Part shown: in pieces, positions 9,126 through 19,414 of the stretch
Layout of the letters: every line of letters starts with the position of its first letter
Position numbering within the stretch: position 1 is the first letter of the stretch
Sequence record: MW822008.1
DNA: 64,000 nucleotides
Strand: one strand, 5' to 3'
Source of the DNA: Escherichia phage BF17
Program-made: the position numbers and the translations under genes
The notes under the pieces: model-generated
Database searches by the model: none
The model's input: only the letters and a program-made list of their open reading frames with translations
What the model was told of the DNA's origin: nothing

Positions 9126-9571
9126 GTTACGAAAGTGCAATCAAGAAAGCAAATGATATTCTACGCGTCGTTAAATTCTTCAAAGAAAATCCTGAATACT
9201 TAGCTGATGAAAACCATGATCACGATGAGAGATTGAGACGAAAAATTGTCGCTTTATTTGACACTAATGCGGATAATTATAGTCTAATTGAGTTAGCATA
9301 CGATTATATTTCATTGAACCGAAACGGCAATATAGTTAATATAGAAAGACATGCAACTGAAGAATCTTTTAAAATTTCAGATATTTTATCCCTGAGTACT
9401 GAAGAAGGGTACTTCCAGGGTAGTACTGTTTATGAACAAGGGACACTTGACAATCTATGCACATTCAGTGTAATATATCAGAAATCTGTACTAGATGTAT
9501 TTTATCTTGACACTGCTGAACTGGATACACTAACCAATTTTGTTACTACTGAAGAGGCTACATTCGAGTGA
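9122..9571 (+). CDS. hypothetical protein, FQ-motif paralog family
   Basis: Motif EEGYFQGSTVYEQGTL. Confidence 0.65.
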   Translation: MSYESAIKKANDILRVVKFFKENPEYLADENHDHDERLRRKIVALFDTNADNYSLIELAYDYISLNRNGNIVNIERHATEESFKISDILSLSTEEGYFQGSTVYEQGTLDNLCTFSVIYQKSVLDVFYLDTAELDTLTNFVTTEEATFE

Positions 9572-10104
9572 TGAAAGTTAACATCAATGACTTTGATGCA
9601 TTACAAGATTTATCAAAAAAGATTCGCACCATTGTACCAGTACTCAAAAAATGCAGTACTGGTTTAATCGATCCTAGTACTGTTGTTAATGAGAAGTACA
9701 ATTTTCATTATGTATTACAGGGTACTGGGGCATTCCAGAAGTGTGAGGTGCGTGAGACACACGTAATTGATACATCATTGTTTTCTATTGGTGCACCTGT
9801 GTCGAATAATACTATTTTCCTAGACAACGCTGGAAATATTCAACAATTAACATTTAAGAAAAGGAAAAAGAACAATAACATTGGTGTGTATGCGATGAAG
9901 TGGGGGCAACCTGATTTGAAGCGTGAAATTCACATCCCTAAGTACAATTACAATGCATTTGACGAACAGTGTTTTCAACTATCGTGTACTGACCCTGACT
10001 ATGCTATCATTCAGTTCTATATGGAATTGCAGATTGCATTTAACAGTAATTTGTATATTAACTTATTGGCGATGAACATCGATGAAGTATTCAAAAACAT
10101 TTAA
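9568..10104 (+). CDS. hypothetical protein, FQ-motif paralog family (divergent)
   Basis: Motif EQCFQLSCTDPDY. Confidence 0.5.
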   Translation: MMKVNINDFDALQDLSKKIRTIVPVLKKCSTGLIDPSTVVNEKYNFHYVLQGTGAFQKCEVRETHVIDTSLFSIGAPVSNNTIFLDNAGNIQQLTFKKRKKNNNIGVYAMKWGQPDLKREIHIPKYNYNAFDEQCFQLSCTDPDYAIIQFYMELQIAFNSNLYINLLAMNIDEVFKNI

Positions 10105-10300
10105 TCGAATTGAATACATGAGAACTGTGAGTGCAGTGTGGGACATATGGTTCACTACTAAACCAAAAATGGATTACCATGACTTTAAGCTCTTGTTCTT
10201 CGTTGGCTCTAACAAACAGGATGTTGCAATGAAGGGTTATATTCAGCACTTACAGGAACTAATCCAGAAGAGAATATATGAAAATAATAGACCAAAATGA
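10082..10300 (+). CDS. hypothetical protein
   Basis: 72 aa track ORF. Confidence 0.4.
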   Translation: MKYSKTFNRIEYMRTVSAVWDIWFTTKPKMDYHDFKLLFFVGSNKQDVAMKGYIQHLQELIQKRIYENNRPK

Positions 10301-10469
10301 CATTGCTAAACTATTCAATATATATTCTACTAGAATGATGCAAACAGACTCATATAGTACTGAATTCAAAGAGTTGAAAGTACTGATGTACTTAGGAACC
10401 CAATACCAAGAACAAGTTATTTTAGAATATATTAATTCGTTGAAGAAGGATATCCGTTATGTACGATGA
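10278..10469 (+). CDS. hypothetical protein
   Basis: 63 aa track ORF. Confidence 0.4.
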   Translation: MKIIDQNDIAKLFNIYSTRMMQTDSYSTEFKELKVLMYLGTQYQEQVILEYINSLKKDIRYVR

Positions 10470-11019
10470 TTTAGATCTTGCGTTTGAACGTATGGTAATT
10501 TTAATGCAATGTGCAGAAATGCATGAAACAATCCGTCGCACCAAAGGGATTGAATATACAAGTAAACTATTCTCATACGAAAGTCGTCGAGGGATGGATC
10601 ATTTTTACTGCACTGATTGTTCAAAGTTTTCAGTACTGAAATATTATCATCCTACTGTTTCCAATAATAGTTTAATATCCACATATGACGGTGTTCTGTT
10701 TAGTGTAATGTATGACACATTACATCCATCAATTTCAATCTATAAAGATTGCGATAGTAGTTTATCGTATATAATTGAAGATTACTTATCTCCTAATACT
10801 GAAGAGAATATTTTTCAGAACAGTGTGTTGCATGATGAATTAAGCATAAAATGCATCTATATGTTCAATAAGTTAAAAGAGTACGCCGATAATAATTACT
10901 TAATTGATAAGTTAGCAGTATTGTCTGTTTCCGTTTTTAATACAAATGACATTGATATGAAATACTATAATGAGATTTGTAAAGTACATCATATGTATAA
11001 GGAACTATTATGTCAATAA
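10459..11019 (+). CDS. hypothetical protein, FQ-motif paralog family
   Basis: Motif EENIFQNSVLHDE. Confidence 0.6.
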   Translation: MYDDLDLAFERMVILMQCAEMHETIRRTKGIEYTSKLFSYESRRGMDHFYCTDCSKFSVLKYYHPTVSNNSLISTYDGVLFSVMYDTLHPSISIYKDCDSSLSYIIEDYLSPNTEENIFQNSVLHDELSIKCIYMFNKLKEYADNNYLIDKLAVLSVSVFNTNDIDMKYYNEICKVHHMYKELLCQ

Positions 11020-11612
11020 ATGCAAATAAATGTTGTAGTGCAGATGTGCATTTGTTTTTTAAGAAATTAGCAAATGATATTATATATATGCAGGAAATGA
11101 TTTATCACAAACGAGCGGATTTAGAAAAAGCATTAGTACAGTTCTCATTTATGCTTGATGGTGATATATTTCTAGAGAGTGATGCATTGCGAATAGTATT
11201 AGACAAAAATGCTAAAAGATTTTTATTTCATATAGATAATAAATTATGTTCCTCCGTATGTCGTACTTTTTATAATCGTGATTCGGACTTATATCAATTC
11301 CTTTATTCTAAAGGTGCAGTAGAAGCATCATATGGTGATGGTTATGCCCTAGGAAAGAGTATTCCATTTATGAAATCATTTAAAATAGAACACATCAGTA
11401 CTGATGAAGATGCAATGTTCACAAATGATATAACTATGGGACGTGAAGATGCAATGCGATATATTACAAATTCTATGCATACATTCTTTCAACGAACAGA
11501 ATTTGATAATGTATATATATCAAATGTAAATATTTTCAATGACCTGTGTCAGTACTTGAGAAGTGTTTGTGATTTTGATGAAAGCTATTGTAAGCTTTAT
11601 ACTGAGGTATAA
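11010..11612 (+). CDS. hypothetical protein
   Basis: 200 aa track ORF; family motif not clear. Confidence 0.5.
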   Translation: MSINANKCCSADVHLFFKKLANDIIYMQEMIYHKRADLEKALVQFSFMLDGDIFLESDALRIVLDKNAKRFLFHIDNKLCSSVCRTFYNRDSDLYQFLYSKGAVEASYGDGYALGKSIPFMKSFKIEHISTDEDAMFTNDITMGREDAMRYITNSMHTFFQRTEFDNVYISNVNIFNDLCQYLRSVCDFDESYCKLYTEV

Positions 11613-11617
11613 AACAA

Positions 11618-11980
11618 ATGAACACATTAAGTATTACATACTATACAACTAAAAAATTAGTTACTTGTTTAATATCATTGAAGACAAATCATGATGATAT
11701 GTTTGATATGGCTGCATATGAATTAGAATTATCAGAAGATGGCTTCAAGAGCTATGAAGTATATAGCTATGTTCGTGAAGATGTAATTGACACTACACTA
11801 ATGCAAGAGGATGAGTTATTCCAAGAAAGTTTAGTATGGGATAATAAGTACGATTGTAACTTTGATTTCTTATGTTTAATCCAGAAAGAAATGAAAAGAA
11901 TCTTTGATAATTATCCAGTGAAGAGATTGAGTACTGGACCGGAGCAGTACAGGAGAATTTTATTCCGTTATGAAGACTGA
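11618..11980 (+). CDS. hypothetical protein, FQ-motif paralog family
   Basis: Motif DELFQESLVWDNKY. Confidence 0.6.
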   Translation: MNTLSITYYTTKKLVTCLISLKTNHDDMFDMAAYELELSEDGFKSYEVYSYVREDVIDTTLMQEDELFQESLVWDNKYDCNFDFLCLIQKEMKRIFDNYPVKRLSTGPEQYRRILFRYED

Positions 11981-12305
11981 ATTAGTGAAAGTAATGTACG
12001 CTACTCATATTAAACTACTACTTGTGAAATTTGATTATAATAAAAAACATAATGATTTCTATACTTTAATTCGTGATGAAAATACATTCTCCTTGCGATG
12101 CAACAATATACCGTTGAAGATAAATGATTTTACTTCACTTGACGAGGGTGAATTATTTCAAGAATCATTAGTTTTTAATAGTAATATAAAAATTGATATA
12201 GAAGTTATTAAAAAATACCAGATTTTATTGAACAAAATTATGAATTGTTATCCATGTGAAATAGGTGGTCATATGCAGTTCAAATCAAAAATGTATGAAT
12301 TATGA
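11970..12305 (+). CDS. hypothetical protein, FQ-motif paralog family
   Basis: Motif GELFQESLVFNSN. Confidence 0.6.
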   Translation: MKTELVKVMYATHIKLLLVKFDYNKKHNDFYTLIRDENTFSLRCNNIPLKINDFTSLDEGELFQESLVFNSNIKIDIEVIKKYQILLNKIMNCYPCEIGGHMQFKSKMYEL

Positions 12306-12312
12306 GGTTTAT

Positions 12313-12849
12313 ATGTTAGATGAAAAAATGAACAATGGAACACAATATAATCATCTTAAGTTAGATACATTCGAATCAGCTATCAGTACTGCACAAGATA
12401 TAATTGATATTATCAAGTTCATTAAAGAAAATAAGTTCAAATGTTTGAAAATACTAAATCGTTCAATGTACCGTGATAACAATATTCATGTATCAGTACG
12501 TAGACCGAAAGATAAAGAAAGTGGGAGAGATTTCTATAACAACAGTGAGCAGTTCGAATGTGAATATGATCCAGAATTCAGAGGCGGTTTCATGTGTTAC
12601 TGTATAAAGGATACCTCACACATTGAGATACGTTCATCGAAAGGTGGCATACGTACATTAGAGTTCATTGATATAGTTTTAAATCAGGAATACTACTTTC
12701 AACTATCATTGTTGTTTCCTGCATACGATTTAGGAGTTCTATTCATGTATAAGTACTTTTATGAGCACTGGAATGAAGACTTCTATCTGGACTTAGAAGA
12801 TTACCAATTAGTTTGGAAAGAAATGGTAGAACTTCGCAACCCATCTTGA
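12313..12849 (+). CDS. hypothetical protein, FQ-motif paralog family
   Basis: Track ORF 12265..12849; in-frame ATG 12313 after GAGG; motif QEYYFQLSLLFPAYD. Confidence 0.55.
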   Translation: MLDEKMNNGTQYNHLKLDTFESAISTAQDIIDIIKFIKENKFKCLKILNRSMYRDNNIHVSVRRPKDKESGRDFYNNSEQFECEYDPEFRGGFMCYCIKDTSHIEIRSSKGGIRTLEFIDIVLNQEYYFQLSLLFPAYDLGVLFMYKYFYEHWNEDFYLDLEDYQLVWKEMVELRNPS

Positions 12850-12875
12850 CACCCTCCGATTCTTTGTGATATAAT
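12846..12875 (+). promoter_or_regulatory. sigma70-like early promoter
   Basis: TTGACA (12846-12851), 18 nt spacer, TGaTATAAT (-10 at 12870-12875). Confidence 0.55.
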
Positions 12876-12908
12876 CTCTTTATATTAATTGTAAAGGGTT
12901 ATATCACA

Positions 12909-13385
12909 ATGTCCAAAGACCTATCATTTAGCAATGCACAAAAAATAGCAAAAGACATTATCAGGGTTTATAAATTCCTTGCGAATGTTACTGAAGATTT
13001 TTTCGTGGGGGAACATAAAGTTATTAAACGAAATGGATACCTTTCCTTTATGGATGGGTTACTCTATAGTTCAGATGAATCAACTTGTAGCATTAGAGTA
13101 CTTGATGAAGTACCAAGTGGTGATTTTATTTCATACCATTTTCCAAGTTCAGATAATTTCAAATACTACAATCATCTTCTTATAAATGAAGCATTTGATA
13201 CGATTGTAATTAACACTGAAGAAGAGTTCTTCCAGTACAGTACTGTGTATCCAGAGAGGATTGTTTTCAGTTCAGTGATTTACACTGCCCTTAAAAATGA
13301 ACTAAATTCCGATAGTGATCATTACTACTTGGACCTGAACAATGTCGATTGTATTATTGAGTACATGGAGAAAAATGGTTTATGA
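12909..13385 (+). CDS. hypothetical protein, FQ-motif paralog family
   Basis: Motif EEEFFQYSTVYPERI. Confidence 0.65.
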   Translation: MSKDLSFSNAQKIAKDIIRVYKFLANVTEDFFVGEHKVIKRNGYLSFMDGLLYSSDESTCSIRVLDEVPSGDFISYHFPSSDNFKYYNHLLINEAFDTIVINTEEEFFQYSTVYPERIVFSSVIYTALKNELNSDSDHYYLDLNNVDCIIEYMEKNGL

Positions 13386-13876
13386 TTACTACAGAATATG
13401 ATTACTATGGTGTTTTAGAATTTACAGAAAATATCTATCGCATTGCAAAGGAGTTCAGAAGTCCTAAGCCTTTTGGTGGTATGTTTCAATACGATGAGTT
13501 CAGTTCATCTAAAGGAAGACTAGCATTTACTAATGTTAGAGGTAATCAAATCTACGCGGAGTACTTTGATGATAATGACTTTCATTACAAAGCCGAATAC
13601 ATTTCATATTGCCCTGGGTCTGATTTGAAGATTAATATTGATACCTTTAGAGATTCAGTGCTTGTCCCTTATAGTGAGTTAGTTTTCATGACAGAAGAAA
13701 TGTACTTTCAAGAGTCTTGTATTCATGATGTAAAAGTACTTAATGCTATGTTATTTTATGGTGCACTACTTCATCATTACAAATACAAACAACGATTCTT
13801 TTTAGATTTAGTAGTATACTATAAATGCGTGGATTATTTGAATGCAAAATACGACAACAATTCAGTACATGACTGA
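13382..13876 (+). CDS. hypothetical protein, FQ-motif paralog family
   Basis: Motif EEMYFQESCIHDVKVL. Confidence 0.65.
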   Translation: MITTEYDYYGVLEFTENIYRIAKEFRSPKPFGGMFQYDEFSSSKGRLAFTNVRGNQIYAEYFDDNDFHYKAEYISYCPGSDLKINIDTFRDSVLVPYSELVFMTEEMYFQESCIHDVKVLNAMLFYGALLHHYKYKQRFFLDLVVYYKCVDYLNAKYDNNSVHD

Positions 13877-14204
13877 TGGTACTGAATACTTTGTTTCAAG
13901 ATATGTAATCAACCACAACCATTATGTAACCTATATTCCAGAGTACAATCAATTTTATATCCAGATTTATCAAAATAATGGAAAGATAAATGATATATAT
14001 TCAGAAATAAAAATCCCTGATTATAGTACTTTATCAGAAGAGGAATTATTTCAGGAGAGCACTATCAGTACTGAAGATGTGTACGAAATAATGGAATACC
14101 AGAAGGTACTTAAACATTTTCATGAAGCAAATGATATACAAATCGATATTGTTAAACCGTGGTGTTACAATACATATGAGGTAAATTATGTTAGAAATGA
14201 TTAA
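13842..14204 (+). CDS. hypothetical protein, FQ-motif paralog family
   Basis: Motif EELFQESTISTEDV; alternative ATG at 13869. Confidence 0.55.
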   Translation: MQNTTTIQYMTDGTEYFVSRYVINHNHYVTYIPEYNQFYIQIYQNNGKINDIYSEIKIPDYSTLSEEELFQESTISTEDVYEIMEYQKVLKHFHEANDIQIDIVKPWCYNTYEVNYVRND

Positions 14205-14601
14205 AATTATGCAACGCTGTCTTGTTGATCAACACGGGGTATATGGATATCGTTTAAGTGCTCCTATTGACAAAAATAAAACAACCTATGTAAGCTATAA
14301 TGCTGTACAAGGATTTGATATATTCATTAGTACTAATTATCAAATCAAACAAGCGAAAGATGTGTCTATAATGACCCCTGATGAGTTATTTCAGTACAGC
14401 TTAGTCTTTCCTACATGTATCGATTTACAACGTCTAGGAGCGATACAGAAGGTTTTACGCGAACATAAAGTACAACCCAATAAAGTCACACACATTCCAG
14501 AAACAATCTTCAAAACCATAGAAGTAGAAACTCCTGATTATATGTTAAGTGATGATGAGTACTACGAGAAACACTTCCCTGGTAAAGTTTGGAGAGACTA
14601 A
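14188..14601 (+). CDS. hypothetical protein, FQ-motif paralog family
   Basis: Motif DELFQYSLVFPTC. Confidence 0.6.
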   Translation: MLEMIKIMQRCLVDQHGVYGYRLSAPIDKNKTTYVSYNAVQGFDIFISTNYQIKQAKDVSIMTPDELFQYSLVFPTCIDLQRLGAIQKVLREHKVQPNKVTHIPETIFKTIEVETPDYMLSDDEYYEKHFPGKVWRD

Positions 14602-15083
14602 TGAACCGAAAGTACAGAGAAACTATGAAGTTCGCTAAGGAGTGTTTAGAGACAGTTGATTTCATTTTCGATAACAAAGACTCACTGGGTCATCACTTCG
14701 TAATTACAAAGAAAGAAGATAAGAGATACAAGTGTGAAAGATTAGGATACAGTATTGAGTTCTCCTTAATGATTGATGGAATGATAAACTCCTTATATGA
14801 ATGTGGTAAGACTGATTACCTTTCATTTAGATCATGGAGTGAAGGTATCATGTTCTTGAGAACAAATGGAGTTTTATATCCGTTTCTTGATGATTTATCA
14901 GAAGAAAGTTACTTTCAAAATAGTTTAATTTACACAGAAAAAGAACTCAAAATGCTATTCATTATGTCGTACTTTAAAAAGTACTGCAAATTTAATACAT
15001 TATCTTTTGAGATTTCTGCAATGAAAGTATTCATTAAAAATGTAAAAGAATTAAAGAGGGCTTTTAATGTACATAGAAAATGA
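14589..15083 (+). CDS. hypothetical protein, FQ-motif paralog family
   Basis: Motif EESYFQNSLIYTEKEL. Confidence 0.65.
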   Translation: MERLMNRKYRETMKFAKECLETVDFIFDNKDSLGHHFVITKKEDKRYKCERLGYSIEFSLMIDGMINSLYECGKTDYLSFRSWSEGIMFLRTNGVLYPFLDDLSEESYFQNSLIYTEKELKMLFIMSYFKKYCKFNTLSFEISAMKVFIKNVKELKRAFNVHRK

Positions 15084-15609
15084 GAATGTAAAATGCATTA
15101 CTGACATTTGTATAAAATTAATGAAAATTTTCATTAACCCAAAATACAAGACTCGTTCTTTACGTCATAATATTGATGAGCATTGTACCATTAATATACT
15201 AGGTAGTATTCTTGATGTAAAATATGATGGTAAAATGTTATTCGGTATAAGAGAAGAGAAGATAGATGATGCATTCTTTTCTTCTAAAGATAAATTTGAA
15301 CCTTCTGATTATAAAGTGATTATTCGTGATGATAGCATCTATATTAGTAGTGATTATTCAAATTACTTCGATAAAATATACACTGAAAACGTTGACTACC
15401 ATTATGAAATGATAGATTTACCAGTAACAGACATTGATATGGAGAGAATCAAATTTTCATTATCAGATAATGAGTACTTAGGTATACAAACATATTATTC
15501 ACTACAAGGAAAGATTCCACCTGCTATGTATATAAGGATTGAGATTGGTAATGTATTCAATGATAAGGTTATATCAATTGCTGATAAAATATTGGGGGTT
15601 GAATTATGA
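15067..15609 (+). CDS. hypothetical protein
   Basis: 180 aa track ORF within array; motif not clear. Confidence 0.5.
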   Translation: MYIENENVKCITDICIKLMKIFINPKYKTRSLRHNIDEHCTINILGSILDVKYDGKMLFGIREEKIDDAFFSSKDKFEPSDYKVIIRDDSIYISSDYSNYFDKIYTENVDYHYEMIDLPVTDIDMERIKFSLSDNEYLGIQTYYSLQGKIPPAMYIRIEIGNVFNDKVISIADKILGVEL

Positions 15610-16169
15610 ATATCAATGATTACCAATTTCATAGGCTTGAATTTCGTCATTGTGTTGCATTTGCAAAAACATTGATGTGCATCATTGACACTCTTTCATC
15701 CAAACAATTTCGTAAGGATAATGATTTATTTCTGAAAAAAGGTCGTGTAACATCAACCGATATCGGTATTGAACTATTTGTTGATATCAGTGTTGATACC
15801 GGAGACAGTACAAGGGTTGGTTGTATAGGTCATATTGGTACACATTGCTTCACATGGAATCCAAATACAAGTCAAGTACGAATTGATTATAGAAATTCAC
15901 GTTGGGTTGATCTTAGTACTGAATCAGATTTAGAATCAGCTATGTTCCAGCTAAGTTTAATTCACAATCCTAATGAACTTCTTTACATTATTACTTTCAG
16001 TTATCTGTTACAAAACTACAATAAACCATCAGGTTTTTTTATAGAATCAGATATAGATGAAATTATGGAAGAGATTCCCAGTTTAAAGGATATTCTGGAA
16101 GAAAAAGATTTCTATGAAGACTTAAGAGATTTATACGACATGCACTTGGAGTTATTTAAGAATGGATAA
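15606..16169 (+). CDS. hypothetical protein, FQ-motif paralog family
   Basis: Motif ESAMFQLSLIHNPNEL. Confidence 0.6.
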   Translation: MNINDYQFHRLEFRHCVAFAKTLMCIIDTLSSKQFRKDNDLFLKKGRVTSTDIGIELFVDISVDTGDSTRVGCIGHIGTHCFTWNPNTSQVRIDYRNSRWVDLSTESDLESAMFQLSLIHNPNELLYIITFSYLLQNYNKPSGFFIESDIDEIMEEIPSLKDILEEKDFYEDLRDLYDMHLELFKNG

Positions 16170-16680
16170 AGATGATATTCTAATTAGACTAATTAATAGT
16201 TTAATAAAGTTCTCAAATAATGATGTCGATACATACAAAGTAGGGGATATTGAATACAAATCATTTGGTATGTACGGTGAGGATAAAACATATTATGCGT
16301 CAATGAAATTTCAAGATTTTCACGAGATGTTAATATCGTTATCATATGAAGATGTTGATCCAAGATGGAGTTCCAGTATTTCACTATCGAGAATGGTAAT
16401 TCGTAGTAAGCATCGTTATATTTCGTCAAAGAATACTCCTAACTTGATTAATATTGTGTTGAATGAAAATACAAATCCCCTATCTAAACATGATATCGTA
16501 CCGTTAACCGATGAAGTTCTTTTTCAATTGAGTACCATTTGTGATGAAGATGTGATATCATGTATGAAAATTTATGAGAAGGTTGGGAGTGATATTCCTA
16601 TGAACTATTACCTAACTATAGATGGAACGTACCTTCGAGATGATGTTTTAGCGTACATTGACAGTGTTTTACCAAAATAA
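16162..16680 (+). CDS. hypothetical protein, FQ-motif paralog family
   Basis: Motif DEVLFQLSTICDEDV. Confidence 0.6.
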   Translation: MDKDDILIRLINSLIKFSNNDVDTYKVGDIEYKSFGMYGEDKTYYASMKFQDFHEMLISLSYEDVDPRWSSSISLSRMVIRSKHRYISSKNTPNLINIVLNENTNPLSKHDIVPLTDEVLFQLSTICDEDVISCMKIYEKVGSDIPMNYYLTIDGTYLRDDVLAYIDSVLPK

Positions 16681-16702
16681 AGACCCGTATGGGTCTTTTT
16701 GT
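16681..16702 (+). terminator. intrinsic terminator
   Basis: agaccc-gtat-gggtct hairpin followed by TTTTT. Confidence 0.6.
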
Positions 16703-16711
16703 GTTTATGGC

Positions 16712-16740
16712 TTTACAAGAGCATTCAGGTGTGTTATACT
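16712..16740 (+). promoter_or_regulatory. sigma70-like early promoter
   Basis: TTTACA (16712-16717), 17 nt spacer, TATACT (16735-16740). Confidence 0.5.
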
Positions 16741-16767
16741 TGATTTTAACTAGAGTTGGAGGAATCT

Positions 16768-17334
16768 ATGAGTACTGAATTAATTAAAGAAGTCACATTA
16801 CTTCTGAAGCATTGTTTTAAGTTCATTCCTGATACTGGCTCACGCCAGTACATTAAAGTTAATGAGAAATATAACATCAATATCCTTGTATCTGAAACTG
16901 CGAGCAGTTATGCAAACATTGAGTTGGATTCTGAAGAAAAATATACAGTATTACAAATCATAGCAGATGTACAACGTAAACAAGATTATCGTTCTTCATT
17001 TTACAACGATCATCTGTGTGTTTGCTCAAACTTCAGTGAGAATAAAATTGTGTATAAGAATTTATACACACATGAAGTGATTGATACATATAATTATAAA
17101 ATTTCATCTGATGAATACAATGTTCTAATGTTCAACGCAAACCTTTTGTATGATGCCAGTACTGTACGCTGTTTAGAGTTAGCATATAAAATTCCAAAGA
17201 TCATGGAAAGAAAAGATTTGATTCACTTTAAAACTATTTTAAAATACAGTACAAAAGAATTAGAGGATTTAGTACAGGCTCTTAAGAATTTCATTAATGA
17301 ACATGTACCTGTTAAATTCGAGGATGCACAATGA
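16768..17334 (+). CDS. hypothetical protein, FQ-motif paralog family (degenerate motif)
   Basis: Track ORF 16756..17334; ATG 16768 after GGAGG. Confidence 0.5.
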   Translation: MSTELIKEVTLLLKHCFKFIPDTGSRQYIKVNEKYNINILVSETASSYANIELDSEEKYTVLQIIADVQRKQDYRSSFYNDHLCVCSNFSENKIVYKNLYTHEVIDTYNYKISSDEYNVLMFNANLLYDASTVRCLELAYKIPKIMERKDLIHFKTILKYSTKELEDLVQALKNFINEHVPVKFEDAQ

Positions 17335-17915
17335 ACCATATCAGAACTAAAATTTTGAGACTCATGCATGACATTGCAGAACTTTCAGAGATTCATGACA
17401 TTACAGAAATTGTTGAATTTGATAATTATCGACTGAAAATTGAAAACAAATCCAAACATCGTTTTGGTTCAGTTCAGTTGGATGTATATAAAACTTATGA
17501 ATTTTCTAAAAAAATTAAAAGTTCATGGGATACGATTACTATGTACATTCGCACATCCAGAAATCGTGAACGTATTGGTTCTATTTCTTCTAATATGGTA
17601 TTTGCGAATGCATTACATGAAAAAATGAATAAAATTGTAGAATCTGATTTCAGTGAAGATGATGGTTTTATTGGGTTGGATGTTCCACCAGAATTAGACC
17701 AAAGTGAAGATATTCGAGATGCATTCATTTTCCAGAAATCATTGTTGGACAATTACAAAGAATTCGAGTACTTAATGCTTTGTTACGATACTGCAAAAGT
17801 TCTTGATTGTGGTGAACTAGTTATGTACAATGATTTTATCAATTACAAGACTGATGTTCTGAATACACTACTTCAAAATATAGAATCGGTTAAGGAAAAA
17901 TATGAACGCTTATAG
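17331..17915 (+). CDS. hypothetical protein, FQ-motif paralog family
   Basis: Motif DAFIFQKSLLDNY. Confidence 0.6.
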   Translation: MNHIRTKILRLMHDIAELSEIHDITEIVEFDNYRLKIENKSKHRFGSVQLDVYKTYEFSKKIKSSWDTITMYIRTSRNRERIGSISSNMVFANALHEKMNKIVESDFSEDDGFIGLDVPPELDQSEDIRDAFIFQKSLLDNYKEFEYLMLCYDTAKVLDCGELVMYNDFINYKTDVLNTLLQNIESVKEKYERL

Positions 17916-18483
17916 TTATATGACAGAACGCCATCAGTTATTATATGATATCAGTAAAAAAATGCTATCAATTGTTGGTAGTGCGAAAGAAATTGAAAAA
18001 CAATATCTCATCCGTGATGTATCAATTTCATCCAAATGTTGGTCAAATGAATATTACGACCACGGTATTCTTACTATTTCTGGGGCCAGAAATATTTGTA
18101 TTGTAAAAAATAAAAGTAAAAGTAATGAAGAGTGTGAGATTAGAACCGATATACAAATTAAGGATGATGGAAGTTTTTCACATCACCCATTCCATATTAG
18201 TACTATTGGTGTTTTATATAATATTAAAGTACTATTCGGTGATGAAGAGTATGTGTTAAAAGCTATCAATCCAGATTCAAGTACAGTTGAAGAAGAACTG
18301 TTCCAGATGAGCACTGTTATACCTGAAGAGGTTCTTAGTACTGTTGTTTTTTGTAGTTTAATTTATCATACATACAAAAAGAACCAATTCGATTTCCACA
18401 TTTTAGGAACGTACATCTTCAATACTTTGAATGTTGATCGTTTAAAAGCATTAAATGCAGCAATGGATAAGGTGCTACAATGA
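17902..18483 (+). CDS. hypothetical protein, FQ-motif paralog family
   Basis: Motif EEELFQMSTVIPEEVL. Confidence 0.6.
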   Translation: MNAYSYMTERHQLLYDISKKMLSIVGSAKEIEKQYLIRDVSISSKCWSNEYYDHGILTISGARNICIVKNKSKSNEECEIRTDIQIKDDGSFSHHPFHISTIGVLYNIKVLFGDEEYVLKAINPDSSTVEEELFQMSTVIPEEVLSTVVFCSLIYHTYKKNQFDFHILGTYIFNTLNVDRLKALNAAMDKVLQ

Positions 18484-18908
18484 CAAGAGATGATTGTTTG
18501 TACATATGGGATATAATTGAAACTACACTTTCAAATCCAGAAAATTATAAAACAAAAAAAAGACAACGACACAAAATATGGATAGATTTGTTCGTTGAGG
18601 GCATACACGCAGTGACTATTTGGGATTCACCGAGGGCATCAGCATCTACTCTATTGGACAATGAATGCATTGATTGCATTAATTCCACTTTTCATCTCTA
18701 CGGTACTACATTTTTCGGTACATTTCTGGATATTGAAAGTAAAGATGATATTGATTCACTTGCGTTACAATACCAAGTACTGTATAATACTAAATTAATT
18801 TACGATTTAGTACTAGCTTCTTATGTGTATAAATTAATGATGAAATATAATCATATTTCTGTTTCAGTTTATACTAAGGATATTCTTTCATTAAGAGACA
18901 AAACATGA
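18480..18908 (+). CDS. hypothetical protein, FQ-motif paralog family (degenerate)
   Basis: Track ORF; weak motif LQYQVLYNTK. Confidence 0.45.
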   Translation: MTRDDCLYIWDIIETTLSNPENYKTKKRQRHKIWIDLFVEGIHAVTIWDSPRASASTLLDNECIDCINSTFHLYGTTFFGTFLDIESKDDIDSLALQYQVLYNTKLIYDLVLASYVYKLMMKYNHISVSVYTKDILSLRDKT

Positions 18909-19414
18909 GTTTATTAAATGCACGCGAATTAGTTGAGATGTATGAGATTTTGTCTTCATATAAAAATTCTCATGGAGATGTGATTCTCGACAAAAAGTTC
19001 CATGTCAGTGTTGAACATATATCAAATATAGATATGATTTCTTTGGTGGAAAGTGATAAGTCAGGTCTTGAACGCGATATCATGCGTTTGATTTATATTC
19101 CCAAACCATCATATACTAATGATAGTTCAATTAGTAATGAGACATTCATGTATAGTCCTGGTACGGATTCTACTATAGTATCGCTGTCCAATAAATCAAT
19201 GGGTACTTTCCAATTCATCTATACCAGTACTGATAACATTGAAGAAATTGAATTTCAAAACAATACATTAAGTCCATGTAGTAGTGTTATAACCTTTATG
19301 TCATATCTATGGTCAACTAAAACAAGTGCTGTTGTATATAGTTCAAATTATACACAAGATAGTATTGTTGAATCATATAAAGTTCTAAAGGAATACTATG
19401 AAAATAACAAATGA
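18905..19414 (+). CDS. hypothetical protein, FQ-motif paralog family
   Basis: Motif EEIEFQNNTLS. Confidence 0.55.
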   Translation: MSLLNARELVEMYEILSSYKNSHGDVILDKKFHVSVEHISNIDMISLVESDKSGLERDIMRLIYIPKPSYTNDSSISNETFMYSPGTDSTIVSLSNKSMGTFQFIYTSTDNIEEIEFQNNTLSPCSSVITFMSYLWSTKTSAVVYSSNYTQDSIVESYKVLKEYYENNK

